Part shown: positions 53,911 to 64,000 of the stretch, in pieces
How positions within the stretch are numbered: position 1 is the first letter of the stretch
Layout: each line of letters starts with the position of its first letter
From: Rhizophagus irregularis
Taxonomy: Eukaryota
Direction of reading: 5' to 3'
DNA length: 64,000 nt
Assembly: GCF_026210795.1 (NCBI RefSeq)
Contig: NC_089435.1
Coordinates: 5,084,001-5,148,000, forward strand
Notes under the pieces: generated by a model
The model's input: only the letters and a program-made list of their open reading frames with translations
Told to the model about the DNA's origin: nothing
Databases searched by the model: none
Position numbers and translations under genes: made by a program

Positions 53911-54834
53911 ACTAGGAAACGGAAACCGTTGTAAGTCCAGAGCGAAAGATTTTGTACAAAAATCCAAATATCTTTAAAAATTCAATTTGTACAAAAAATC
54001 TGGCGTTCTTAAAAAAAATAAAAAATGAAACGTTAGAAACATTTCTTTAAAGTTAAACAAATAAGAAAAGCCCCTTTTTACAATTTACCTTTAAAAGTCC
54101 AGCATATACAAAAAACCCACATTCCTAGATAAAAAAAATAAAAATGAAACGTTAAAAATGTTTCTTTAAAGCAAAACAAATAAAAAACAACTTACCAGTC
54201 AAGAAATCTAGAAATCCTAGGATAAAAGTAAGAAATGAAACGTTAGAAACATTTCTTTAAAGTCAAACAAATAAGAAAAGCCAAATTACCTTTAAAAATC
54301 TGGTGTGTACGAAAATCCCATGTCCCTAGAAATAATAATAAGTGAAACGTTAAAAACGTTTCTTTAAAACAAAACAAATAAAAAAACAACTTACCAGTCC
54401 AGTATATACAAAAAATCCAGAAACCCTAGAAAAAAAGTAAGAAATGAAACGTTAGAAACGTTTCTTTAAAGTTAAACAAATAAAAAACCCTCCACTTCCT
54501 AATTTACCTTTAAAGTCCAGTATGTACAAGAAATCCAGAAACCCTAGAAAAAGAATAAGAAATAAATCAAAAACATTCCTTTGAAGTCAATTAAAAAAAA
54601 ATATACTCACTAGATGAAACCAAACAAAAAAAGAGATTATCAGGTAATCATGTTTATCATAAACTTATTATGATTATTACACTTGTTTATTTTTGAAGTA
54701 GCACGAAATTTCAATGACACAATCTGTGCGGACCAATTAGAAATGACGCGTGCAGACAAACAGACATCGCCATGTGATCCAATATGTCATTAAGGTTCAT
54801 AAACATATATAGTCCTTCGCTTCGCTCTGGACAA
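53911..54834 (-). mobile_element. Non-autonomous Helentron/Helitron2-like element (HINE-like) with an internal intron/micro-exon array
   Basis: Minus strand: 5' tt-gtccagagcgaagcgaaggac (hairpin), 3' ttcgctctggac (12-bp subterminal inverted repeat), then hairpin aacgg-ttt-ccgtt and cctagtt end; internal tandem units of about 95-120 bp. Confidence 0.75.
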
Positions 54835-55564
54835 TTACACTAAAAATGTAGCACTATACTAGATTATGCAGCATTACACTAAGAAATACTGCAATTATAC
54901 TAGACAATGTAGCATTACACTAAAAAGTACCACAATTATTATATTTTTTTAGAAAATTTCGCGTTATATTGAAAAGTGTAACATTATGCTAGAAAATGTG
55001 AAATTGCACGTAGAATTGCACTAAAAAACACAAAATTACACTGAAAAATATGGAATTGCACTAAAAAACATGGAATTGCACTAAAAAATGTGGAATTGCA
55101 CTAAAAAACACAGAATTACACTAAAAAAATACAAAAAAATACTACAATTACAGTGGATAACATAGCATTGCACTTAATTATATTAAAATTGTTAGGTAAT
55201 TTTTATTTATTTGTAAAAAACATGAATATTATTTAATTTACAATATTTATAATCATGTTAAAATATGCATTATCTGTTATTTAACACTAAATACACTAAA
55301 CACATCAGTATATTCAACATACACGATGTGTTGTTTAATTTAATACAAAATCTTACTACTGAAGACTCCCTCTTTTTGTCACTATAAACAGGCGGAGGGA
55401 GCAGCAATGGCTCTCCCCCTATAGGTATTTTATGGCTTCTACTTGTTTACAGAGGAGGGGGCGAAGGGCTTTTCGTAAAGTTATTAGATATATATACATC
55501 TATCAAAAAATTATAATAAAAAAAAATTATTTTGGGAAAAAGGCCCCTGATATTACTTAATAAT

Positions 55565-56465
55565 TACCGCAGCTTAACTGCGATATAACGAAAAAAAAAA
55601 TTAAGCTTTTTTAGCAAAAACTTAATTTTTTTTTTCACGGCCTTTACTTCCCTTTCTTTCATCATTTTACCTTCCCTCTTTCTCTCACCTTTCCCTTCTC
55701 TTTTTCCCTTTCGTTCTCCCCCTCCTTTTTCGTTTCCTTTTCCTTTCCCTTTCATTCTTTTCATTTCATTTCCCTTTCCTTTTTGTTTTTCCCCTTCCTT
55801 TTTGTTTCATTTTCCCCTTTTTCCTTTTGTTCTTCCTTCCTTTTCATTTTCCCATTTCCTTTTCGTTCTTCTTTTTCCCTTCCTTTCCACTTTTACTGTA
55901 AATTAGAAATATCAGAAATTTCCTTTCAGAAAACAAAAAGGTAAGTTTCAAATCGTTTAATTTGAAACTTTAATATTTTTTAGAAAATGTTCTAACGTTT
56001 CCTATATTTCCTTTTTTTTATAGATCTTTTTGCCATATTTAACTTAGAAAAATGAAACGGTAAGTTTCGAGGCATTCACCTCAAAACTTTTTTAAAAAAA
56101 TCTTTTCTTTTTTTAGGAAACATTACTAACATTTCCAATAATTCCTTTTCTTTATAGGTTTTTTTTGGCGTACTCAACTTAGGAAAATGAAAGAGTAAGT
56201 TTCGAATCATTTGATTTAAAACTTTAATTTTTTTTTTATTTTTTAGAAAATGTTTCTAACATTTCCTTTCATTTTTTTTATAGAATTTTCAGTATTTTGA
56301 CTTTGGAAAACGAGAAACTGAAGAGTAAGTTTTGAAGCGTTTTGCTTTGAAATTTTTTAAAAAAAAAAAAATTTTTTTTTAATTTTTGTAAGGAAAGTTT
56401 TTGCCATGCTATTTTTTAATAAAAATTTGAAATTTGGATCATGTGATTAAGCTATATGCACTAAC
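55565..56465 (+). mobile_element. Second Helentron-like element with a pyrimidine tract and an intron/micro-exon array
   Basis: 5' tt-accgcagcttaactgcgat hairpin; CT-rich tract at 55640-55895; four gtaagt...(ctaac)...ag units; only a degenerate ttaagct 3' match near 56447. Confidence 0.5.
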
Positions 56466-56478
56466 ACATAATTATTTA

Positions 56479-56710
56479 CAATTGTGTATTTACCCCAGCA
56501 TCACCCCAAGATTTCTAAGTAAAATTCCACCCCTACGTGACCGGTGATGTTTAAGGGGGAGTGAAAAAAATTTTTTTCACTACTAAAAATTTTCTAAGTT
56601 TCCAGAATACTTATGAAAAAATAAAAACGGTAAAGTGTAACGCAGGGTGACATTTTATGCAGGTCACGTGGGGTGAAAAATCTTGAAGCGACGCTGGGAA
56701 AGATCAATTG
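56479..56710. mobile_element. MITE with TA TSD (232 bp)
   Basis: TA|caattg...cccagcatcaccccaagattt versus aaatcttgaagcgacgctggg...caattg|TA; the inner acgtgacc/ggtcacgt pair is also inverted. Confidence 0.7.
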
Positions 56711-56823
56711 TATTAGATTCTTTATCCTAAATCCCCTATATAAATAAGTCTATTTTAAGGACACTCTTGTTTTGAATCATTGCGGTGCCAATAACATGTG
56801 ATTGTACTAGGAAGTATCATTTA

Positions 56824-57026
56824 GGGGATGGCCAGAAATGACGTCATTTCCTAAAGGAAGGGGACTATGATGATGTTACACACCTTTTATTTTTAGATAC
56901 TTGTAGTTAATATAATTCTAGCCAGAATTGTGTTTTAATTTTACATTTTCTAAAATGAATGATGACATAGGATGAGGAGGGTTCAAAAATCCTAAAATTT
57001 AAATTACGTCATTTCTGGCCATCCCC
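56824..57026. mobile_element. Tourist/PIF-Harbinger MITE (203 bp)
   Basis: TIR ggggatggccagaaatgacgt(c/a)attt, 25/26 identical; TTA TSD on both sides. Confidence 0.92.
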
Positions 57027-57590
57027 TTACGCGTGCCCTTTGTCGCAATCCATTTTAGTAAATGATGATGCAAAGTATTTTTATCAATGGCTTTTATACT
57101 GTTTACTTTTTACTTTAATAAATTGACTTAAGCGCAAAAAAAAAGGTATTTAATTATCAACTATAAAGAATAGTTTTTTAGTAGTTGTATACAAAAGTAT
57201 GGAAGGAAAGTTAAAAATTTTTTTGAAAAAAAATAAAGGAAGTACTACTAATATCCTGGAGACTGATCAAAGTAATTGCAGCAGTAGTGATGTTAATGGA
57301 GCTGAGAGTATAGAATTAAATAGTCAAGTGACAACTTCTGCTAGTGTAGAAATACGAATAAAAGAATCACAACAAACAAGCGATAATCTAATGAGAAAAG
57401 AAACTAACGAAGAAAATGGTATTAGAAATATACTTATTATTGGCAAAACTGGTAATAGAAAATCTACCTTAGCTAATGTCTTGGTCGATAATAATGAGTT
57501 CCCAGAAGGAAAGTATAGGGTTAACGAGACAAAAGAAGTTAGAAGCAAAGAATTTAAGATTGAGGGAATAAAATATCGAGTAGTTGACAC

Positions 57591-58102
57591 TGTGACACGC
57601 CGCCCATAGGATATTAAAATAAAATATCGTATGTTGCCACCGACGTGTTGAGTTCAAATAATATCTATGCTTGGTTTAAAATAAAAATTAGTTACAAAAA
57701 TTACAAAAACATTATTTTCTTACCAAATATTATTTTAAATTCTCGAACTTAATAATACAATATTAATTAATTCTCAAGCGTACAATGAGCATATTCATAT
57801 TTGAATAACTTTTTAATAATTAATATTTTAATATTATTTTATTTGAGTCAAAAAAAAAAATTGACTCCTGAATTTCCTATCGAAATCCACTTGTATTTAT
57901 ACATTTTAAGAAAAAATATTTCTCATATTTACTATCTTTTCTAATAAAATTTGAAGATCTATTATCATATGACTATCTCGTTACACTAAACTAAACTATA
58001 AATATAATTTTATTGGCTAATTATTTACCCATCGGTTAATTATTTATCCTTCGGCTAATTATTTATCCTTATTCTATATTATTGTATTTTTCGGTTATTA
58101 CA
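57591..58102. mobile_element. 512-bp insertion with TGT...ACA ends and 4-bp TSD (solo LTR or Ginger-like element)
   Basis: acac|tgtgacacg ... ggttattaca|acac; removal restores GAC ACA GTA GGA (D-T-V-G). Confidence 0.8.
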
Positions 58103-58146
58103 ACACAGTAGGAATTAGTGATACGAAATCTTTTCCCGATGAAGTA

Positions 58147-58579
58147 TGGTACATATCACCTAAACTCATCAAATAAAATTAGTGATTTTAAAAAGCTAAC
58201 TACTTGTTAATAAAATTATATGATAATTAAAAATGTAAACTGATAAAATTACACTTTGAGTTCTTCTCTTTCAAATTATCGGATTACTTTTTCTTTATTT
58301 AACATATTTCAAAAGTTATTAAAGTTTAAAGTTAGCATATTTTTATATATCTCTATATTAACTTATATATAAATGAGAAAATTTCAGAATTCTTCTATCA
58401 TGTGATATTGATTATAACCAATTATATTGATTTATTTGTTATAATAAATTGTGATCAAAATTTTAATTACTAAATAAAGTTAGACTATTGCCTTATTTAG
58501 AAGTAATAAATCTTAATTTAGTAATAATCATCATAAAATAAAAATTTGGACTATTGATGAGTTTAGGTGATATGCACCA
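58147..58579. mobile_element. Tc1/mariner-type MITE (433 bp)
   Basis: TIR tggt(a/g)catatcacctaaactcatcaa (25/26), TA TSD; removal restores GAA GTA TTA AAA (E-V-L-K). Confidence 0.9.
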
Positions 58580-59656
58580 TATTAAAAAAATTAGCAGAGT
58601 CGTGTTGGTACATAAAAGAAGAACTTAATCAAGTTCTGTTTGTTGTAAGTGGTAGATTCACTAAAGAGGAAATAAGGTCTTACAATTTACTTAAAAAAGT
58701 TATTTTTGACGAAAATATAGTAAATTACACTACAATAGTACGAACTAATTTCCCTCATTTCAAGAAAAAAACTGATTGCGAAGAGGATATTAAAATAATG
58801 ATTGATAATGGTGGAGAATTAGCTGAAGTAATTAAAACTTGTAAAGAAAGAATTATTCATGTAGATAATCCGCCAATAGATGTGAAAGGTGAAAGACTAA
58901 AATGTAATAAAGAAAATAGAAAGGTATTAAAGGAAATTTTGCTGAAAAACTTAATAAAATTTGACGAGACATACAAGTCAAAAAATTTTTATCGAGAACG
59001 CCATGAAAATTTAGAGAATTTCATCGGAGAAAAAGAAAAAATAATAAAACAAGTTAAGGAGATTAAGAGTAAATTACCTAGGTATGATTATGGTAAAAAA
59101 CTTGTGGATTGTTCTGATGAATTAGTAGAAGGTAGTGTTGGAATAGCTAATTTGATTCAACCTGACAATTTTCCAATATCTAATGCTGGGGGAAACATTG
59201 CAAAATTTGGAGTTAAAATCCTTTCGGTTGGTGTAAATTATGTTCTTGACGAGAAAGAAAATCAGTTAATTGAGAAATTTAAAAATAAAATTAAAGAAGA
59301 TAGGGAGAATCAAGAAAAATATTTATCAAAATTAAATTTTGTAGAAAAAAAAATAAATTTTCCTGAGTTTGGATGGTTAGAATATATAGAACTCAGTATT
59401 TAGAGACTACAAAAAGAGTTAAAAGATATAAAGGAAGAAAAAGAAAATTACGAAGAGACTATTAAGGATTGGAATAACCACCGAAAAGAACTTGAAGAAA
59501 AAATTGAAAATTACAGTCAGACTCTAGTAATGAGTTAAGTTCAGAAACTTGTGAGTAATATTTATAGCATTAACAGCAGTGTCTGATGAACAATAACACA
59601 ATTATTGGATGGATGTAAAAAACAATATGAGTAAACATGTGGCGCGTGCGCATTTC

Positions 59657-60060
59657 AGTATCTTATCAGCCTTCTATAATTGCACGCCCTTTGGAAACGT
59701 GCATTTAGAGAGAGTGTGCATTTATAGAAATCACATAAAAAAACAATATCATAATATTTATTAAGAATTATAGAAATTATGAAATAAAACAATTATCATT
59801 ATAAAAATCAAGTAACTATTTAAAATATTGATTTATAGATTATAGTAGTCTGTTGCATTGAATTGATTTGTTTGTTTTTAATGAATTTTTCAATTTTACC
59901 CACCAGTTTAATTTGTTCACTTGCATTTTCCTGTTGAAGTAAAAATGAATTTACAATCTTTAAACCTTATAATGCTTTACTAATACAAATAATTTTTCTT
60001 TCCATTTCATCTGGATGATTTGTAGGGTCATTTTTAAACATATCTGCAAATGCGAATTTT
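59657..60060 (-). mobile_element. Pogo/Tigger-like transposon 3' remnant
   Basis: Minus-strand ICISKAL*GLKIVNSFLLQQENASEQIKLVGKIEKFIKNKQINSMQQTTI resembles pogo/CENP-B transposase C-termini (Q.TI..YF). The adjacent tgcatttagagag..tgcatttataga subterminal motif is shared with the 39481 MITE. Confidence 0.6.
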
Positions 60061-63000
60061 TGATGCACAACAGTTACCTTTAATTCAAACTTTAATTAAT
60101 AAATATGGTGAAAAAGAGATTATAATTATTGGAAAATTCTATGGCAGCCAAAAGACTAATTAAGATGATAACATTTATGAACCAATAATTAATAAAATAA
60201 AACTAGAAAAAGAATATGACAATTTATGACTAATTTTAGAGAATTTAAATTTGTCAAGCAGTAGTTAGAATTTTTTCAACAACAGAATTTCCTATTCTAT
60301 ATCCTAATACTACAAAATTAATTTATATTATTTTAATAATTCCACTTTCTAATGCATTTGTAAAAAGAGTGTTTTCACATCAAAATATATACAATCATTA
60401 GATGCAATTATCTGACTCATTAAACTTAGGTCAATTAGGTCATTTAGATGCTTGAGTAGTTGCTATTTATTAATAACTTGTAATAATTATAAAATTTAAT
60501 AAATATTGCTTAATTCCATTTAATTAATTAAATATTCAATTTCTTAATAAATAATTTACACAAAAATATATTTGAAAATATTTGTGAATATATGCAAATC
60601 AATTTATTTGTGCAAATTGCACATGAAATAAATGTAACTATTTTTTTGCACATTATGTAAAATGCATTTAACTTAAATTTCATACACTGCAATGATCATT
60701 CTATATAAATCTAATATGTGTAACTTTTAAAAAAATTATTTCTAAATTTTTTTGAATTTATTTTAATATTATATACCAATCTTTTGAATTAACTTTTTGA
60801 TATATTTATATTTAAGAGTGAATTTATTTACTGTACTCTGTGTTACAAAGCATCCTTTCTTTTTTGTAAATTATTTATATCAATCTTTAGTTTATACACC
60901 GCACCCCCTTAAAATGGCAAATGATAAACATAAAAATATATATAAATTAGTAACACAGGACGTGGTGAATACATTATTTCTATATTTAATATATTATTAA
61001 TAGAAAAGTTAACTTTAAAAGATTAAATAAAAGTCCAGAAAGTTCAATACTTATTGCAGAATATTTGACAATTTGTTTTTTATTTCAACATACAAAAACT
61101 AGTAGATATAATTTTATAATTTTAACACAAAATTTTATACCCAAAAAAATATATTTATTTGAAAAAATAACAAAGAAAATAAAGAACTTAAGCAAAAAAA
61201 AAAAAAATCTGCAAATAAAAAATTAGTAATATTACTTTAACAGGTAATATAATATTGTATAAAAGAATAAAAAATGTTCCAAATATTGATATGCATTAAC
61301 AATTATATGAATTTATTGAACTTTTATATTTATTTTATTTATAGTAAAAAAATTTAATATTAATATTCATACTTAAAAACTGAATATATATTTTAAGAGG
61401 AATATATTTACTTTGCATTTTTTAGTATTTATATAAAATGTAAATTTTTGAAAGGAAGAAATTTATTAAATATAATTATTAATCGGAATGGTTTAATTTA
61501 CTTTTTATATATAAATTTTCAATAAATCAATAATACTATAAAAGAATTGTTTTAATGCAGTCAAAATGTTATGTGTTATGCCAATTGTTCAATTCTCATT
61601 ATGATACTAAATTAATATCAGAACAATTCATTTAAAAAAAAGGATTATCATAATACTTTAAATATATATTGCATGTATTTTAGTAATAATGTAATGATAT
61701 TTTACAAATTCAAGGTTTCTGCAAAGTAGTTATATAATAAACTTATAAATTATAATTATATGATATATATTACTCTTTTAATTACAATCTAATTATTTGA
61801 TTAATTTTTAAAATTAATAATTCTGTTAATATTAGTAATTGTAAAGAAATAATTTTACTTTTTATTTAATTTATTTTATTAGAGTAAATTTGTAATATAA
61901 TAATTAAATTCCAGTTATAATTTTGTATTTTATAAATTTTAATTGCAAAATTATGGATTTATATATGTAATTCATTTTTAATTTTCAGAAATTGGTATAA
62001 TAATAGTTATTTATAAAATGTAATTATATAAATATTTAATTGGTTAAATGTCACATATTGGAAAAAATCATTATAAAGTAAGTATAACTACTAACTGTAT
62101 TTATTACTATTATTAAAAAGGTAAATTTTAGCAATACTCTTATTTGATTATAGATTTAAAGTATATTAATAATATATTCGTTGATTGGCTGTCATTTTAC
62201 GTGGCATATGATAGTAATATTAAATAACGAAGTGCCGCAGTGGAACAATGACAGCCAACCTTGACCTGCTTTCCTAGGAGCCTAACAAGATCATGATAAA
62301 TTAGGCGATCGCATCAATATTAAAGCAAACTTGGGAAATTTACAAGGAGAACTGGTCTAATTAAATGACGTAAACATGCCGAATATGAGCAAAATGATTA
62401 TCCTAAGAAATATAATGAAATATAGAATATCATAGTTTTTTTCATTTTACTTACAATATTACGCCGCCATTATCTCACTAGTAGCTAGCATATATTTAAC
62501 ATGCGTATCGTGTTCAAGTATTATTGGACGACATGTTTACCATTATCATTCAAAAACTATTATTCATTGCGCATGCATGTTGCAGCATATTTTGCATATT
62601 GTCAAAAAAAGACATTGGTGATATTTAAGAGCTGATTAGGCTTTCAGTTGTTAACCTCAAATGGGAAAAATACATCGAGTTGATTGTCTTAGCGTTAGAA
62701 TTCTTTTAATATTTTCTCGAATAAATTTTAATAGATTTTTTTTTAAAAATGTTTGTTTTGTATGAAACCAAAATTAGACATTTTTTTAAATTTACATATA
62801 TTTGATTGTTTGGAAATTCAAACACCTTCAGTATTACAGTGATAATGCATAAAAAATGGCAACAGAGGAAAATCTTGTATCACAAATAATATAAACGCCA
62901 GACCATTTTTTCTCTCTTAGAATGATTTTTTTTTCCACATTCAATTAATTTTTTCGAAAAAAAAAAATTTAATTTTTTTTTAAACCAGAGACAAACATTT

Positions 63001-63298
63001 TTTTTTTTTCATTTTCGCCTTAAAATTTTATATATTATTAAAAATAATAATTAAATTTATAAGTCCCTTCTTTATTTGTTTATAAACAAAAGAAACCCAT
63101 TCCAAACGATAATAAACTTTTTTCCTCACGATTATAAATAATTATCTCTGGATCTTTTTTTTTTTTTACGACGATTAACAATAATATTTTTTTTTTAAAA
63201 AAAAACAATTATTGTTATAATTTTTTTGTGCGTCTTGTTTATTGTGATACATTTTATTAGATACAAATTTATAATTTGTTAACTATAAGTTCATAAGA

Positions 63299-64000
63299 AT
63301 GGCGACACAACCACAACTTCCTCCAGAAGTTCTCAAAAATATATTCCAAAAAATATATGGAAATAGAGGATGTTATCGTAGTGATAAAAATCTTAATGAT
63401 TTATATTCTTGTTTATTAGTTAACAAAAGATGGTGCGTAAATGTAGTACCGATTTTGTGGTCAGCAGTATTTTATCCGATTCAAACGATTCGTATAGGCG
63501 TAATTACGACGTATTTATCATGTCTTAGTTTAGAAAAACGGAAAATACTACAAAATCAAGCGGGAATTAATATACCTACAAATTATGATAAAACAACATT
63601 TCGATATGCAACATATTTAACGGAATTAAATTTTGAAAAATTTCTTAAAACCATATTTTTATGGAGTAAGAAAAATCGTAAACCTTATCGAAATACAAAA
63701 AGAAATGAGATAATAGTTCAATATTTATTAGAATTATTTTCATCAAATTGCGCCAAAATAAAATATTTTGCAATGAACAATGTCCCGAATTATCTTTTGA
63801 ATGATGATTATTTTAATAATTTAAAAACAATAGATTTTAAATTATTAAGAGAACCGAATATAAGAAATTGTTTATCTAACGTGAAAGAATTAAGATTGGA
63901 ATGGGATGCTTTAGCGTTAGATGGATTTTTAAATTCTATTGGATATACTTGTCGTTCTTTGGTAAGAAATAAAAATAATTTACTATATTATGATATAATA
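63299..64000 (+). CDS. F-box/RNI-like LRR protein, 5' part (runs off the window; intron donor at 63962)
   Basis: MATQPQLPPEVLKNIF...DLYSCLLVNKRWCVNVVPILW...TTFRYATYLTELNF. Confidence 0.82.
   Translation, partial: MATQPQLPPEVLKNIFQKIYGNRGCYRSDKNLNDLYSCLLVNKRWCVNVVPILWSAVFYPIQTIRIGVITTYLSCLSLEKRKILQNQAGINIPTNYDKTTFRYATYLTELNFEKFLKTIFLWSKKNRKPYRNTKRNEIIVQYLLELFSSNCAKIKYFAMNNVPNYLLNDDYFNNLKTIDFKLLREPNIRNCLSNVKELRLEWDALALDGFLNSIGYTCRSLVRNKNNLLYYDII

Larger units (their letters stand above)
57199..59538 (+). pseudogene. AIG1-family GTPase with coiled-coil tail, interrupted by two insertions
   Basis: ILIIGKTGNRKSTLANVL (mutated P-loop), YRVVDTV-GISDT, LNQVLFVVSGRFTKEE, YTTIVRTNF, IIHVDNPP. The frame is restored by removing 57591-58102 and 58147-58579 with one TSD copy each; premature TAG at 59401, frame continues to TAA at 59536-59538. 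Confidence 0.88.

Noticed and set aside
55564..55764. Lys/Glu/Gly-rich ORF on the minus strand
   Set aside because: Translation of the CT-rich low-complexity tract within a repeat element.
58567..59538. TGA-as-Trp (Mollicutes code) or stop readthrough in the AIG1 gene
   Set aside because: The Trp codons seen are TGG and there is no in-frame TGA. The internal TAG is best explained as a nonsense mutation in a pseudogene, so the genetic code gives no evidence on origin.

Overview
Very AT-rich, intron-containing eukaryotic DNA. The gene repertoire (intronless F-box/LRR family, AIG1 GTPase, SOD-fold secreted protein, short A/T-rich introns) fits an arbuscular mycorrhizal fungus (Glomeromycotina); this is inference. 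About 3-28.4 kb is a dense block of spliced genes: DUF1294 protein, CENP-K, dynactin p22/p24 (DCTN3), nuclear poly(A)-binding protein, a secreted SOD-fold protein, MGR2, a LEU5-type CoA carrier head-to-head with NMNAT, a PB1-domain protein, a NUDT15-like Nudix hydrolase and VPS53. From 29 kb on the window is accessory: four F-box/LRR genes, an MtfA-like C2H2 transcription factor, and many transposon relics, including nested MITEs with readable TSDs, a full-length decayed two-gene PIF/Harbinger element, and an AIG1 GTPase pseudogene split by two insertions. The most unusual signal is a pair of Helentron-like non-autonomous elements (53.9-56.5 kb) whose internal tandem repeats are arrays of consensus spliceosomal introns separated by 21-41 nt micro-exons. 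All assignments were made by eye; no database searches were run.
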